A DNA stretch of 64,000 nt from the NCBI GenBank assembly GCA_040767085.1, contig JAXGPF010000003.1, forward strand, positions 416,001 to 480,000, written 5' to 3'. A program made the position numbers and the translations under genes. Shown here one piece after another: positions 23,401 to 32,769 of the stretch. The DNA is from Kiritimatiellia bacterium. Lineage in GTDB: Bacteria > Verrucomicrobiota > Kiritimatiellia > JAAZAB01. Under the pieces are notes generated by a model. It saw only the letters and a program-made list of their open reading frames with translations. It was not told the DNA's origin and ran no database searches. How positions within the stretch are numbered: the stretch's first letter is position 1; every line of letters starts with the position of its first letter.

Positions 23401-23586
23401 CGAGACGGTCGCGGCTTCCTGCCAGGCGGCATCCGCCAAGTCGCCATCCAATACCGGCGCCTGTGAGCATTGCGGGATGGTAATGCCGGGCATACTTGTT
23501 GCCTGGGCAGACAGCCGGAGAGCGCCGGCCATGACAAGCACGCCGTAAAAGACAGACAGACAAACGGCGGACATTCTATTCAACAT
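20404..23586 (-). CDS. Secreted multidomain carbohydrate-active protein (CBM9-like + GH-like barrel + CBM4/9-like)
   Basis: Signal peptide; APVLDGDLADAAW and WQAEMAVP (CBM9-like); GKPFFPVG, HPALMAYYTFDEP and LALIHGA (GH-A-like); NLIPNASFE..VWVDAAQLE. GGAGG RBS before ATG 23586. Confidence 0.7.
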   Translation of the reverse strand: MLNRMSAVCLSVFYGVLVMAGALRLSAQATSMPGITIPQCSQAPVLDGDLADAAWQEAATVSNFFVVDTAAPIFSGHSVKLMTDKEWLYAGFRIWHPSPARILHKARLHDDPVQRENCVKLALDPGTGGRNWYLFRLSAGNIRADQRFYEPDYTLGKLGWKIPWRSATRLTDFGWQAEMAVPMALLTANARLEQARLNLMVMSGYAGDADRVIYSWAPVNSAWWLEADRFGSVQGWAGRRFNLPFLPQCEKTRILGYQFDQSGMGYRVCTKLQTFSKQPGSVWLTLTDQPVASQEQTVSRKIELAGQRSVLPIELTMPVTSLVQRTARLELKDALSGEVLQSQWLHDTQALELLTVFPDRNYYTTEKEARLICRVNLPEQRLNQTVLLVKDMQDCVHSRLRVAQAETEAKLDLRSLPIGNILFEVDCCWTNGDILARQTVAIRKKAPQPGCEWKIDQQQRVLLREGKPFFPVGVFMARITPDQADVFKDVAGLGVNCVVHWAQLDAAAAVPFLDLAATNNLLAIMKVENFLPGVSLSAFRNQAAMQEARRQGGREAMNRLFAQQYDQAEPIMADVIRRIKDHPALMAYYTFDEPTQLFDQYIEGRRLYRLIQELDGYRPSYNVWNMQPPDDEQWTDWSDLLGRDIYWAPPPRGLQDSPLKVAKWTALLDRRATALHKPTLITPMAEYTANKHKRMIRPDEQRAQTYLALIHGARALVYFSYPLFHQVSWDCLRQLADEIRQLSPALTAPEVPQVVDYGSNGYDSDQDIYPDVHVRLCAFPQGELVLLAANSRQCPVDAEYTISILSATGTVRRLFSPECYPVTGRSFKDRLEPNGVRAYVISERPTAAGIAAEQLQSANHKPPITELAVRARPDQSQAAPPETVAPRTGRPDHKNLIPNASFEESSVPGLPDYWNSGRINYDQRMGGTGAVYVMDANAPYHGQFALRMQTAAEAGRALRIGLEPITAAASNFVFSAFVRADRDGVPVQLSGCGWRGEYPHKRVFMASTNWQRYVLPVTLPRRVPRKYGFGILVNPQPTNVTVWVDAAQLEAGTDATAFDP

Positions 23587-23599
23587 ACGCGCCTCCAGA

Positions 23600-25657
23600 T
23601 TATTCTTTCTTTTCAACCAGGCGGGCAATGCGGTCCATGCCATCGCGCCATAGTCTGGCATGGTTGGCTTGCATCTGTTCAGCGCCGTCGGGAGCATCCA
23701 AGCCGGCGGCAACGACATCCACTTGCTGATTAAACGCCGCGATTACCTGCTCCACGGCGGCGTGCAGCGGCGCCAAAGACTGGTCCGACATTACAGCTTG
23801 ATTGGTTGTCACGCCTGTCCTGGCGGATAACGTATCTGCCAGCAGGCGCACCTGCCTGGCCGCGGAATAAAGGGCTTGGACATAGCGTGTTTCGCAGGCC
23901 AGCGACGGGTCGTTGATCCGCTGGGCCAGGGGCAACGCCCGCTCACAGGCCGCGACCGCCCGGTCGCACGCGGCGGTGTCCGGCAGGCTGGAAGGAAAGC
24001 CATTGGCGCCGACCCCAGGCCGCGCCGCCTCCGCGGCGGTATTCAAATCTGACACCCACCGGTTGAGGACAATCCGCATGGGGCTGACGGCCGCTTCCAG
24101 CGGCTCCATCGCCAGGATCCATTCGGCCACAACTTCGGGAGGATTCAGTCCCTGGCGCGCGGCCCAAACGGCAATGAACTGTTTCAGATCGCGGCCGTGG
24201 GCATTCCACGTCCATTCCGCCGTGGCATATATCCGATAATTAAAATAGCCTTTTTCATAAACGCCCTTTACCGGCCGGCTCAATTCCAGCGCGCTAAGAC
24301 TGTAAACGCCGCTCCAGCGGTTCGAATAATACTCCAGGGCGCTTGCCCGAATGCGAGAGCCGGCAAAAAAGCGGCAGCCGCCATCAAAACTGCGCGGAAT
24401 ACCCGAACCGAACCCATAGGTTGCCACCCACTTGCCCTGGGCCGCGGCTTCATGAAAGGGCTGCTTGGCGCCGCCATAGACTTTTTCGATCTTCATCCCA
24501 TCGGGCACCAGGGCCAGGCACTCGGCCGCATCCTGGATATCCTTGGGCATGCAAGATTTTGGACAATTTCCAAGCGTGAAAAATATGCGCGCGGCAAGGT
24601 CCGGATACTGTTTCCGGGCGCGCTGCCAGGCTTTAACGCATGCCTCCGTCTCCCGTTGAAACTGACGGGGGCCAGCCTGCAGGCAGCGCTCGCAGCCGCA
24701 TTGGCAGGGGGTGTATTCGGTCAGCCACAGGCTGAATTCGCGCGGGCCCTGCGCCGCAGCGCTCTCCAGCCAATCGCCGATCAGCGACGCCAGCAGCGGA
24801 TTGGACGCACAAGGACAGCGGCCCCGGTCGGGACGGCCCGGATTCCGGGCGCCGTCCCCGATGCCTTTCAATTCCGGGTAGCGTTCGTATACCGCCTTCC
24901 AGCCTTCCAGGTCAAAATGCGCCAGATGCGGCATCAAATGGAAGGCCCGTTTCGCGGCTTCCTGAATCTGCTGCATCGGCAACGGTGGGCACAGACCCTT
25001 CCCATCCGGATCAATCCGGATCGGGACTGAAACATGGCCGAAGTTCAGTTTCAGGGAGGCCATCCACGGGATGATTTCATGGCTGTTGTTCCAAAGTCCG
25101 CGCTCGTCAAAGTCCGGCCAGTCCACCACCTTCGCCAACGGCACCTCAATCCGATTGGAAGAGACGGTCTGCCCGAGCAACTGTAGCAGAGTTTGAACGC
25201 CATAATAAACGCCCTTGCCGCTGGTCCCGGCAATCGTCAACCCTCCCTCCGGCCAAGGCTGAATGAGATACGCCTGGTCGGCGTTTGGAAGCGTCCGTAG
25301 CCGTTCGACCCCCCGAACGGCACGACCGGCCACCCGGTCTTCCGCATCCGCGACACCGGCGACAATGATAAAATTCGTGCCTTGGAGCGCTGCGCCTGTT
25401 TTGTCACGCACCCATTCAGTCAATTCAAGTGCGGCCTGCCGCTCGATCTCGCCGGCTGACGCCGTCAATTTAAACCCGATATCCGCGGGCGCCATACCAA
25501 CCTTGTTAGCAATGGAGATTTCATGGGGCAACGGGATGACCCGCTCAATCCAAACCCGCGCCTCATCACTGCTAACAGACTTTAACTCCGCCGCCGGCGC
25601 GGCCGGCGTGAACAGATTGACCAATCCAACGCCCAGCAAGCTCATGATTGTTCGCAT
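23600..25657 (-). CDS. Secreted GH20 domain-2-like protein (paralog 2)
   Basis: WIERVIPLPHEI, PNADQAY, GVYYGVQTLLQL, DWPDFDERG and ATAEWTWN motifs. Confidence 0.7.
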   Translation of the reverse strand: MRTIMSLLGVGLVNLFTPAAPAAELKSVSSDEARVWIERVIPLPHEISIANKVGMAPADIGFKLTASAGEIERQAALELTEWVRDKTGAALQGTNFIIVAGVADAEDRVAGRAVRGVERLRTLPNADQAYLIQPWPEGGLTIAGTSGKGVYYGVQTLLQLLGQTVSSNRIEVPLAKVVDWPDFDERGLWNNSHEIIPWMASLKLNFGHVSVPIRIDPDGKGLCPPLPMQQIQEAAKRAFHLMPHLAHFDLEGWKAVYERYPELKGIGDGARNPGRPDRGRCPCASNPLLASLIGDWLESAAAQGPREFSLWLTEYTPCQCGCERCLQAGPRQFQRETEACVKAWQRARKQYPDLAARIFFTLGNCPKSCMPKDIQDAAECLALVPDGMKIEKVYGGAKQPFHEAAAQGKWVATYGFGSGIPRSFDGGCRFFAGSRIRASALEYYSNRWSGVYSLSALELSRPVKGVYEKGYFNYRIYATAEWTWNAHGRDLKQFIAVWAARQGLNPPEVVAEWILAMEPLEAAVSPMRIVLNRWVSDLNTAAEAARPGVGANGFPSSLPDTAACDRAVAACERALPLAQRINDPSLACETRYVQALYSAARQVRLLADTLSARTGVTTNQAVMSDQSLAPLHAAVEQVIAAFNQQVDVVAAGLDAPDGAEQMQANHARLWRDGMDRIARLVEKKE

Positions 25658-25855
25658 GTTTTCTACCCCTCCCGCTTTAACTAATGTGACCGGATCGGAC
25701 GCCCATACGTCCAGGGCTTACTCTGGCCGGAATAATTTGGTTTTTCGGTGATGTTCAGACGGTGACGGACATGGACCTTCCGGGTAGTCCGCCGGCCTCC
25801 AGCGGAGCGCCGCTCTCACATACCATGGCTGGCGACACTTTTCCAACCGTGTCTT

Positions 25856-26719
25856 TCAAGGCTTTAACATCGGGTTCGCTGTCGTTGTGAGCGATCCGAT
25901 CTGTTTCAGAATCTCTTCAGCGACTTTCTGCCCCAGGTAAACATTGCCCGGTTCCTTGAAATGGCTGTTATCCTGGGCAATCCGGAATTCAGCCTTGCGC
26001 GGTTGTATATAGCTGTAAAGATCGTTGACGGGCACGCCGTTGCGCTCCATGACTTCCGCCGCGGCGCGGTTGAATTGAACGATCACCGCGTCGGTGGAAT
26101 CCGGGCCATGGACGGTATTGGCGAAAATCAGCCGGGCGCCGGTCCGCTTGAGCCGCTGCACAATCTGTTCCAGGCGCGCCGGATATTCCTCAATGCCCAG
26201 GCGCATGTCATGGATGCCGAAATTAAAGTGGATCACATCCCAGCAGCCGTCTCCCAGCCAGATTTCAAGCCGCTGGGCTTTCATCACCTTGTTGGTGGAG
26301 AGCGCCGTCGCCGTGTTGCCGCATTGTGCCGGCGCGCGATGAACGTTAGCCTTGCCCGCCAGCGCGTGGCGCACGGTCACGGTGTAGCCGCGCGAAATGG
26401 AATCGCCGATCAACAGGACGCGCGGCAATTTCGGATCATCCTGGACATAATCCCAGGCAGTCTCCAGGCCTTTGGTCTTGGCTTTTTTGTATTCGGTCAG
26501 GTAGTAATTGCCCAGATTTGCCTCGAGGATTGTTTCCCAGGCCCGTTCCTCCGGCGTGCGCACCCACGGCTCTGCCTTGTCCGGCGCATTGGTCGTTGCG
26601 GCCGCGACCGTGGACTCTTTCCCCGGCTCCGGTTCCGGAGCGATCAATTCTTGCGCGGAAACACTACCCAGCGCCACACCCAACAGCATGCAACCAGTCA
26701 TTCGCCACATCCGGATCAT
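25856..26719 (-). CDS. Secreted SGNH/GDSL hydrolase
   Basis: LPRVLLIGDSIS, HFNFGIHD and DNSHF motifs; signal peptide. Confidence 0.9.
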   Translation of the reverse strand: MIRMWRMTGCMLLGVALGSVSAQELIAPEPEPGKESTVAAATTNAPDKAEPWVRTPEERAWETILEANLGNYYLTEYKKAKTKGLETAWDYVQDDPKLPRVLLIGDSISRGYTVTVRHALAGKANVHRAPAQCGNTATALSTNKVMKAQRLEIWLGDGCWDVIHFNFGIHDMRLGIEEYPARLEQIVQRLKRTGARLIFANTVHGPDSTDAVIVQFNRAAAEVMERNGVPVNDLYSYIQPRKAEFRIAQDNSHFKEPGNVYLGQKVAEEILKQIGSLTTTANPMLKP

Positions 26720-26793
26720 TTGGCCCGCCTTTCTTTATGTTATTGTTTCGATCGTAAATTTTACATCGTCCCGAATACATTGCCGCGCCCGCA

Positions 26794-28038
26794 TCACGAC
26801 ACGGTTATACGATAGCGGTAGCAATCGGCGGTAAAGTCTTCCCAGCTTGTCCGGGGCTGCTCCGGCAAAGTCAGAACGATCTCGCGGGAGCGACGGTCCT
26901 CGTATATCCCGAAATTGGTATAACGCCGCCGATGGCCCATACCCGGCTCTTCCCCATCAGCCGACACTGTGTCAATAACCGTCACGGTCTTCCGCACAAT
27001 CCGGCCCTGTTCCGGATGCAACTCGGCAATGCACAGGGGATAGCGCGGCCCGGACCCATAAGTGGGCGCGTCCAGGATGTTGCCGATCCAGTAATAGCGC
27101 CGATCCACGGATGAACGTATGACGGCCGCCAGCGAAGAAGGACTCCAGACCGGCCGGCCATCCTCGTAAGTCAGCGGAGCCGGTTTGCTGAACGTGCAAC
27201 CCCCATCCGCTGAAATAGTCCAGAATTTCAAACTGGGATAGGTTTTGCCTTTTTTATCGCCGCAACAGCGCAAGGAAACAAAAATGCGGCCGTCATCCAA
27301 CAGCGCCGGCGCCGGTTCGCAACAGCCCTGGGAAGATTGGCCCGGCGGCACGTTGATGTAGTCCGAAAATGTCCACGTCAAATCGTCCGCAGCGCTCGTC
27401 CAACGGCCGCGAATAAATCCGCTCTGATAGAATGTGCCGTCAAAGAGCTGCACAACGATTGTCGCCAGGATAGCGCCGTCGGCCAGTTGCAGGACCGGCC
27501 CGCCATAGATGCCGCCGCTTTTCTTAAAAAACAAGCCCGGCCCCCAGTGCTCGGCATCGTAGCCCGCGCCGGCGCAGATAACCTGGCGCACAGGGCCCCA
27601 ACTGCGCGCGTGATCCGATGAGACCTGGTAAAAAATCCGCCGTGTGTGCCCGTGGGTGCCGGCATCGGAATACCATTCCGGATGGCTAAGATCGGCCCTG
27701 TTCTGGTAGCTGATAAAGAAACGAATTAAACGTTGGTTGCGCGGGTCCAGGTAATAATGCGGCAGATGAATGCGTTCGCCCTCGATATGGTTCATGGGTT
27801 GCAGGATGGGTTCGCCCAGGAGTTGCCAGGTTTGCCCGTTATCGGCGGAAATACGGGCGCTGATTTCCGGCCAGTAATAGCCCATCATCGGAAATGGTTT
27901 TGGCCCGGTATGCCTGGCTTCCAGTCCGACCGTCTCGATCAATTCATCCTCATCGGCGCGCGTGTAGGACTGGCCCGCGGCATAGACAGCCACGCCCGGT
28001 CGCGGTGCGGCGATATACAATTCTTTGGTAATGCGCAT
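26794..28038 (-). CDS. BNR/Asp-box sialidase-like protein
   Basis: Asp boxes SADNGQTW, SSDHARSW and SADGGCTF; CEP and PRYPL motifs. Confidence 0.8.
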   Translation of the reverse strand: MRITKELYIAAPRPGVAVYAAGQSYTRADEDELIETVGLEARHTGPKPFPMMGYYWPEISARISADNGQTWQLLGEPILQPMNHIEGERIHLPHYYLDPRNQRLIRFFISYQNRADLSHPEWYSDAGTHGHTRRIFYQVSSDHARSWGPVRQVICAGAGYDAEHWGPGLFFKKSGGIYGGPVLQLADGAILATIVVQLFDGTFYQSGFIRGRWTSAADDLTWTFSDYINVPPGQSSQGCCEPAPALLDDGRIFVSLRCCGDKKGKTYPSLKFWTISADGGCTFSKPAPLTYEDGRPVWSPSSLAAVIRSSVDRRYYWIGNILDAPTYGSGPRYPLCIAELHPEQGRIVRKTVTVIDTVSADGEEPGMGHRRRYTNFGIYEDRRSREIVLTLPEQPRTSWEDFTADCYRYRITVS

Positions 28039-28087
28039 ATAACTTTTTGCTTGCCTTGACTTAACGATCTCGGAAACGTCCCGCGAC

Positions 28088-28999
28088 CTATAAAAGACGC
28101 TTCGAACGCATAAAATCCGCCAGCTTTTCCATTTCCGCGCCGTCTAAACTGTAATAGGGTTTCGGCCGCCAACGACCTGCAAGTCCATACAACTCGAGAA
28201 TACCATGCATGGCGGCGTCGAAACCGCCGCTGAAGCCGGCGATAAAATCCAGCCAGGGCCATTCTATATCGCGGACGACATGGCTTGCGGTTTGGAAGTC
28301 ATTGGCGATATATGCGTTCCAGTATTGCCGGGCCACCTCCGGCTTGAATGTGATCAACGTGGACAAGTATCCGATCCGGCCATACGGCGTCATATTCAGA
28401 TGATTCTCCTTCAAACCGCCTGCCCATACGGCGCAACGTTCGGCGGCCAGGGCCGCGAGTTTGTGCGCGAAACCGCCGCACATGTCGTCCTTGATTGCCA
28501 CGATATTGTCGGAAAGTTCAAGAGCCCGACGCACAACGTTCAGTCCGAACGCGGCGCCGCGCGGCAGGAAAACGTTTGTCACCATCATAACGGGTATGTG
28601 TTGCGCAACCTCGACGTAATGGCGGGCCATGGTTTCGACCGTGCAAGACAGCGCCCAGTCCGGCGGCAATACCATCAGGATGTCCGCGCCGGCTTCAGCC
28701 GAATACCTGGCAAATGCCACGGATTGCTTTGTGTCGAAATGACGGTCCGCAGCCACCATAAGCCCTCGGCCTTTCACTTGCCGCGCGGTTGCCTTGGTCA
28801 ACTCGGCTATCTCGCGGTCGCTTAAGGCAATGAGGTGGCTGTCGCCGGCCGTCAACACAATCGCCTTTGCGCCGGCCTGCAGGTCGAATTCGATCATTTT
28901 CGACAACGCCTTGTAGTCTATTTCTCCGGTCTTATTGAAAGGCGTTCGGATCGTCGGGACCGGACTATAGAGAGCTTCGCGCATTTCCTGTTTGGTCAT
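28088..28999 (-). CDS. DapA/NanA family (DHDPS-like) aldolase
   Basis: TPF..GEID, LSDRE and GADILMVLPP motifs; Schiff-base Lys in IVAIKDD. Confidence 0.85.
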   Translation of the reverse strand: MTKQEMREALYSPVPTIRTPFNKTGEIDYKALSKMIEFDLQAGAKAIVLTAGDSHLIALSDREIAELTKATARQVKGRGLMVAADRHFDTKQSVAFARYSAEAGADILMVLPPDWALSCTVETMARHYVEVAQHIPVMMVTNVFLPRGAAFGLNVVRRALELSDNIVAIKDDMCGGFAHKLAALAAERCAVWAGGLKENHLNMTPYGRIGYLSTLITFKPEVARQYWNAYIANDFQTASHVVRDIEWPWLDFIAGFSGGFDAAMHGILELYGLAGRWRPKPYYSLDGAEMEKLADFMRSKRLL

Positions 29000-29023
29000 G
29001 GGCTCGTTATTTTAATCCTTTTT

Positions 29024-30106
29024 TCATTGCTCGGGCCTCCACCGGGCCACGCCCATATGGTAACGATTATGCCAGGGTAGTCCCTGCGCGCCCGGAATCG
29101 GCCCGTTGCCGCATTTTGGTCCGAAATAATAGGCCGTCACAATTGTGCCATCCGCCAGCTGCACACTCGAGGGATAACCGCAATCGGTCTTGCGCCAGTC
29201 AGTTGCCGGGATGGTAATCAGCGGTTGTGTGACCGACCAGGTCTTGCCGCCATCACTACTCATCCGCAGCACCACGCCAAACAAGCCTGGAATACGACTG
29301 GTAAAGGCATAAAGTATCCGGCCATCCTGCAGTTCCAGTAAATGCGCATTCTCCTGGCCCTGGGGCGACACCAAGCGCCCCTGATCCCAGGTCCGGCCTT
29401 CATCCTGCGACAAAAAAAGGCGCTCGCCCGCGCCATGCGGCAGGATCCGGTCCATGGATTCCTGGACGGCGGTCCGGCCGGATGCCATCCAGACGCCGTC
29501 CTTGCGGCGCATTAAAAAGGTCTCGCTTGCATTATCCGTCAAATGCGAACGTTTTTGCCACGTTGCGCCATGATTGCTGCTTTCGTAAAGGCTAACGCTG
29601 CGAAGCGGCTGCGGACCTTCTGTTTTGCTATACAGGGCACAGACCCATTTACCCTCCGTCAGCGCCAGGATGCGGCCATACGGGACTTGTTCGCCAAGCG
29701 CAGGCAAAAGATGCCTCTGCCAGGTCTTCCCGTTATCCGGCGATCGGCAGCACTGGGTAGGCAGAAAGGGGCGTTTTTGACCCGCATGATAGCCGCTGAC
29801 CAGCGCCATTAATTCGCCATTCGGGGAGAGCCCCACGGCATGATTCATGCGAATAGCGTCCGGCTCTTCCGTATGCGTCGTAACCGTGCTGCGATATTGC
29901 CACAATCGGCCGCCGTCCTTGCTGGCCCACATTTCCAGGTCGCTGTTGGAACCATATCCATGACTGGGATGATTATAGATAAACGCTGCAATTTCACCGT
30001 TGGGGAGCAGGATCAGATTCGGCCAGAGCCCTTTATTGTCAATGGCCACATAAAACTCAGCTCCGTCCAGCAGATAACAGCCTTGCATAATGCTCCTTAC
30101 GGCCAT
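29024..30106 (-). CDS. BNR/Asp-box exo-alpha-sialidase-like protein
   Basis: Five Asp boxes (SKDGGRLW, SPDNGKTW, SSNHGATW, SQDEGRTW, SSDGGKTW) and DCGYPSSVQLADG. Confidence 0.85.
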   Translation of the reverse strand: MAVRSIMQGCYLLDGAEFYVAIDNKGLWPNLILLPNGEIAAFIYNHPSHGYGSNSDLEMWASKDGGRLWQYRSTVTTHTEEPDAIRMNHAVGLSPNGELMALVSGYHAGQKRPFLPTQCCRSPDNGKTWQRHLLPALGEQVPYGRILALTEGKWVCALYSKTEGPQPLRSVSLYESSNHGATWQKRSHLTDNASETFLMRRKDGVWMASGRTAVQESMDRILPHGAGERLFLSQDEGRTWDQGRLVSPQGQENAHLLELQDGRILYAFTSRIPGLFGVVLRMSSDGGKTWSVTQPLITIPATDWRKTDCGYPSSVQLADGTIVTAYYFGPKCGNGPIPGAQGLPWHNRYHMGVARWRPEQ

Positions 30107-32646
30107 ACTTCTCCACCCAGCCCTACAGCCTGAAATTCGTTTGTTTCATAGACGCGGCGCCAGCCGATCGCGCCCGCGCAAACACTGGCGGCGGGATTCT
30201 TCAGGATAGCCGACTTGACCCGGCTATCCAATTCCATGGGCGCTTCCAGGATGATCCGGCTGCCGGCCGGCACAGGCGGCAGGATCAGGCGCGTTTCCTC
30301 GAACAAAAAACGCGGGGTGCCGGCCGCCACCCGCTGCTGCTCCACCCGCGCCAGCACCGACGTGGCGGCGCCGCCGGACTGGACGGCGTAAACCGTCACC
30401 GTATGCACCCAGGGCGCGAAGCCATTGGTGATGGAAAAGACCGCGTGATAGGCGCCGCCAGCGGCTGCGACCCGGTCGGTGATGTCGAACCGGAAGACGG
30501 GATTGTTGGTCATAAAGTCATCCAGCGTCCATCCGCCCAGGGGTTGGCTGCGGGACGCCGGCCGCGAATCTGCCAATCCAAGTTCGGCCGCCCGGCGCCA
30601 GGCGGCGTCGCAGGTCCGCAGCAGCACCGGAATGGTTTTGGTCAGGCGTTCGTGCCATTCCGCCGGCGGCGCGTGCAGGGCGCCCCACTCCGCCAGGCTG
30701 TGCCGCACGCGCTGGGCGCAGGCATCCAGCCGGTTCAATTCCCGCGCCAAAACTCCTTGCGCATCGGCGCTGAGCGTGGCGGAGTCCAGCAAATCGGCCA
30801 TGTTCCACAGGCTGTCAAACGCCTCCAGTTGCGCGCGGGTGAACATGGATTCGCTGACCATCAAAGGCGCCCGGGCCTGCTCCGCCAGCGCTTCGGCGCG
30901 GCGCGCCCGGTCAAGCATCTCGCCGCGCAGCGTAGCATCGGCCAGGCGCGCGGCGCCGAAAGGCTTGTCGCGGAAGCCCCGCCCCATATGCGCGGGCGTA
31001 GTGCGCATCCGGGCGATGAAATCGCTTTCCGCCAGTTCCATGCCCGTTTCGCCCGCCAGCACCGCCCACCCGGCAAACATGGCCGGATCGCAAATGCCCG
31101 TCACCGTGGCGTACGCGCGCGCAAATTCCGCCGGCGACCGGCCATGGGCGTTCCAGGACCATTCCGCCAGGGCGGCGACATTAAAAGCGTGCCATCGCTC
31201 GTTGGGCACGACAAACGCGCTCACGGAAGACAGTTTTTTATCAACAAACTCCCGGCACCGCATCTGGAGGAACTGCGGCGCCGTCCACGGCACAATGATG
31301 CGCATGTTGCTGGTGATCTGCGGGACGACGCTGAGGAAGCGCCCGGCCCGGGCGGCCTGTTCCAGCAAAGGATAAATCAGCGGCTCGTAACTCGTGCGGT
31401 AAGTCAGGGTGCCGTTGTAATACCAGAGGCCGATTTCCGGCGGCAGCAGGTCCAGCACCAGCTTGTTCTGGTCGGCGTCGCGGTAACTGCCCTGCGACGT
31501 TCCAACGATCAATTTCACGTCGGAATATTTTTTCTGGACTTCCCGGAATGACGCCAGGATGGCCTGGGTCTCCAGCACGTATTGGTTATGCCCCCGGCAT
31601 TGCTCGCAATGGCAGGCCATTGGTTCTTCCGACAGCCAGACTTCAAGTTCCCGGTGGTGATCCTTGACCAGTTCCGCCATGGCCAGCATCCAGCCGGTCA
31701 GTAATTCCCGCGTCGCCGGACTGGACATGCAGAGGCCGTAAACGCCCCGGAAATTCAGGTAAGGATTCAAAGTCTGTCCCGGGTCCAGGGTCCGGACAAC
31801 CGTCTGCAAATGAGGGAAATTCGTGTTGCCCTGGAATTTCCACAATTGCCGGGCCAGCACGGCCAGATGGTACAAATAGGGCGTTTCCTTGACGCCCTCG
31901 GCGGCCGCCGCCAGGATGGCGTTGGAAACCGCGGCGCTGTCGCTGAAATACGGCGCGCCTTGCTCGTCCAGCGCGGGCATTAATTGACTTTCATGCGAAT
32001 TCAACTTCCAGCGGGCCAGCCATGCAAGGTCGGCGTCGGTCATCGCCAACCCCCGACAGGCCAGGTCGGGCCAGTCGCGGATGGCTGGGAGCGGCACGAC
32101 CAGCGGCGTCGCGGCAACGGCCGCGTCCGGCGGTTGGACCAATTGTGTCAGTGTGCGCGCGGCATACAGCAGCCCCAGGGAGGTATTGGCCATAATCCGC
32201 AAATGCGCGGCGCCGGCCGCTGCTGGCAATTCGCTCCAAATGGCATACGCCTGGTCCTGGTTGGGAGTGGATTGGAGGAAGTCAACATGTTCTGATGGCA
32301 GCGTCCCGGCGTCAGCTAGCTGTAAATGCAGCACGACCGCCGCCTGATCCGGCTGGCCCAGCGCCCAGGGCGCCAGCAGGCGGCGGATGGTTGCCGCCTC
32401 CGGAGCGTCCCCCGGCAAGGCCGCCATATCCAAGGCCACCGCGCCGGCGGTTATTGCAAGCGCGCCGGTCACGCGAAGATGTTTAGGCAGGGGAATGACC
32501 CGGTCAGCCCAGGGGATGGCGTCTTCCGCCGGCGGCCCGGGCAAACTCCCGTCCGCACCCAGCATGGCGGCGGCCAAACCGGCCAGTCCCAGCGTGACGA
32601 CGCACCGCCTCACCCGGCCACCCCGCCTGTTGCCATTGATGATCAT
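30097..32646 (-). CDS. Secreted GH20 domain-2-like protein (paralog 3)
   Basis: WADRVIPLPKHL, PNQDQAY, GLLYAARTLTQL, DWPDLACRG and ALAEWSWN motifs; start placed at ATG 32646. Confidence 0.7.
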   Translation of the reverse strand: MIINGNRRGGRVRRCVVTLGLAGLAAAMLGADGSLPGPPAEDAIPWADRVIPLPKHLRVTGALAITAGAVALDMAALPGDAPEAATIRRLLAPWALGQPDQAAVVLHLQLADAGTLPSEHVDFLQSTPNQDQAYAIWSELPAAAGAAHLRIMANTSLGLLYAARTLTQLVQPPDAAVAATPLVVPLPAIRDWPDLACRGLAMTDADLAWLARWKLNSHESQLMPALDEQGAPYFSDSAAVSNAILAAAAEGVKETPYLYHLAVLARQLWKFQGNTNFPHLQTVVRTLDPGQTLNPYLNFRGVYGLCMSSPATRELLTGWMLAMAELVKDHHRELEVWLSEEPMACHCEQCRGHNQYVLETQAILASFREVQKKYSDVKLIVGTSQGSYRDADQNKLVLDLLPPEIGLWYYNGTLTYRTSYEPLIYPLLEQAARAGRFLSVVPQITSNMRIIVPWTAPQFLQMRCREFVDKKLSSVSAFVVPNERWHAFNVAALAEWSWNAHGRSPAEFARAYATVTGICDPAMFAGWAVLAGETGMELAESDFIARMRTTPAHMGRGFRDKPFGAARLADATLRGEMLDRARRAEALAEQARAPLMVSESMFTRAQLEAFDSLWNMADLLDSATLSADAQGVLARELNRLDACAQRVRHSLAEWGALHAPPAEWHERLTKTIPVLLRTCDAAWRRAAELGLADSRPASRSQPLGGWTLDDFMTNNPVFRFDITDRVAAAGGAYHAVFSITNGFAPWVHTVTVYAVQSGGAATSVLARVEQQRVAAGTPRFLFEETRLILPPVPAGSRIILEAPMELDSRVKSAILKNPAASVCAGAIGWRRVYETNEFQAVGLGGEVWP

Positions 32647-32769
32647 GTTTGCCCTTTGCTTGATTGGCCGGCTTACGTCAAACAACACAGCGCCGCTGAA
32701 ATAGAATCATAAACACCGCCCGCTAAAACACCAATTGTAATTTTCGCCAATTTATTATAAATTATCGCC

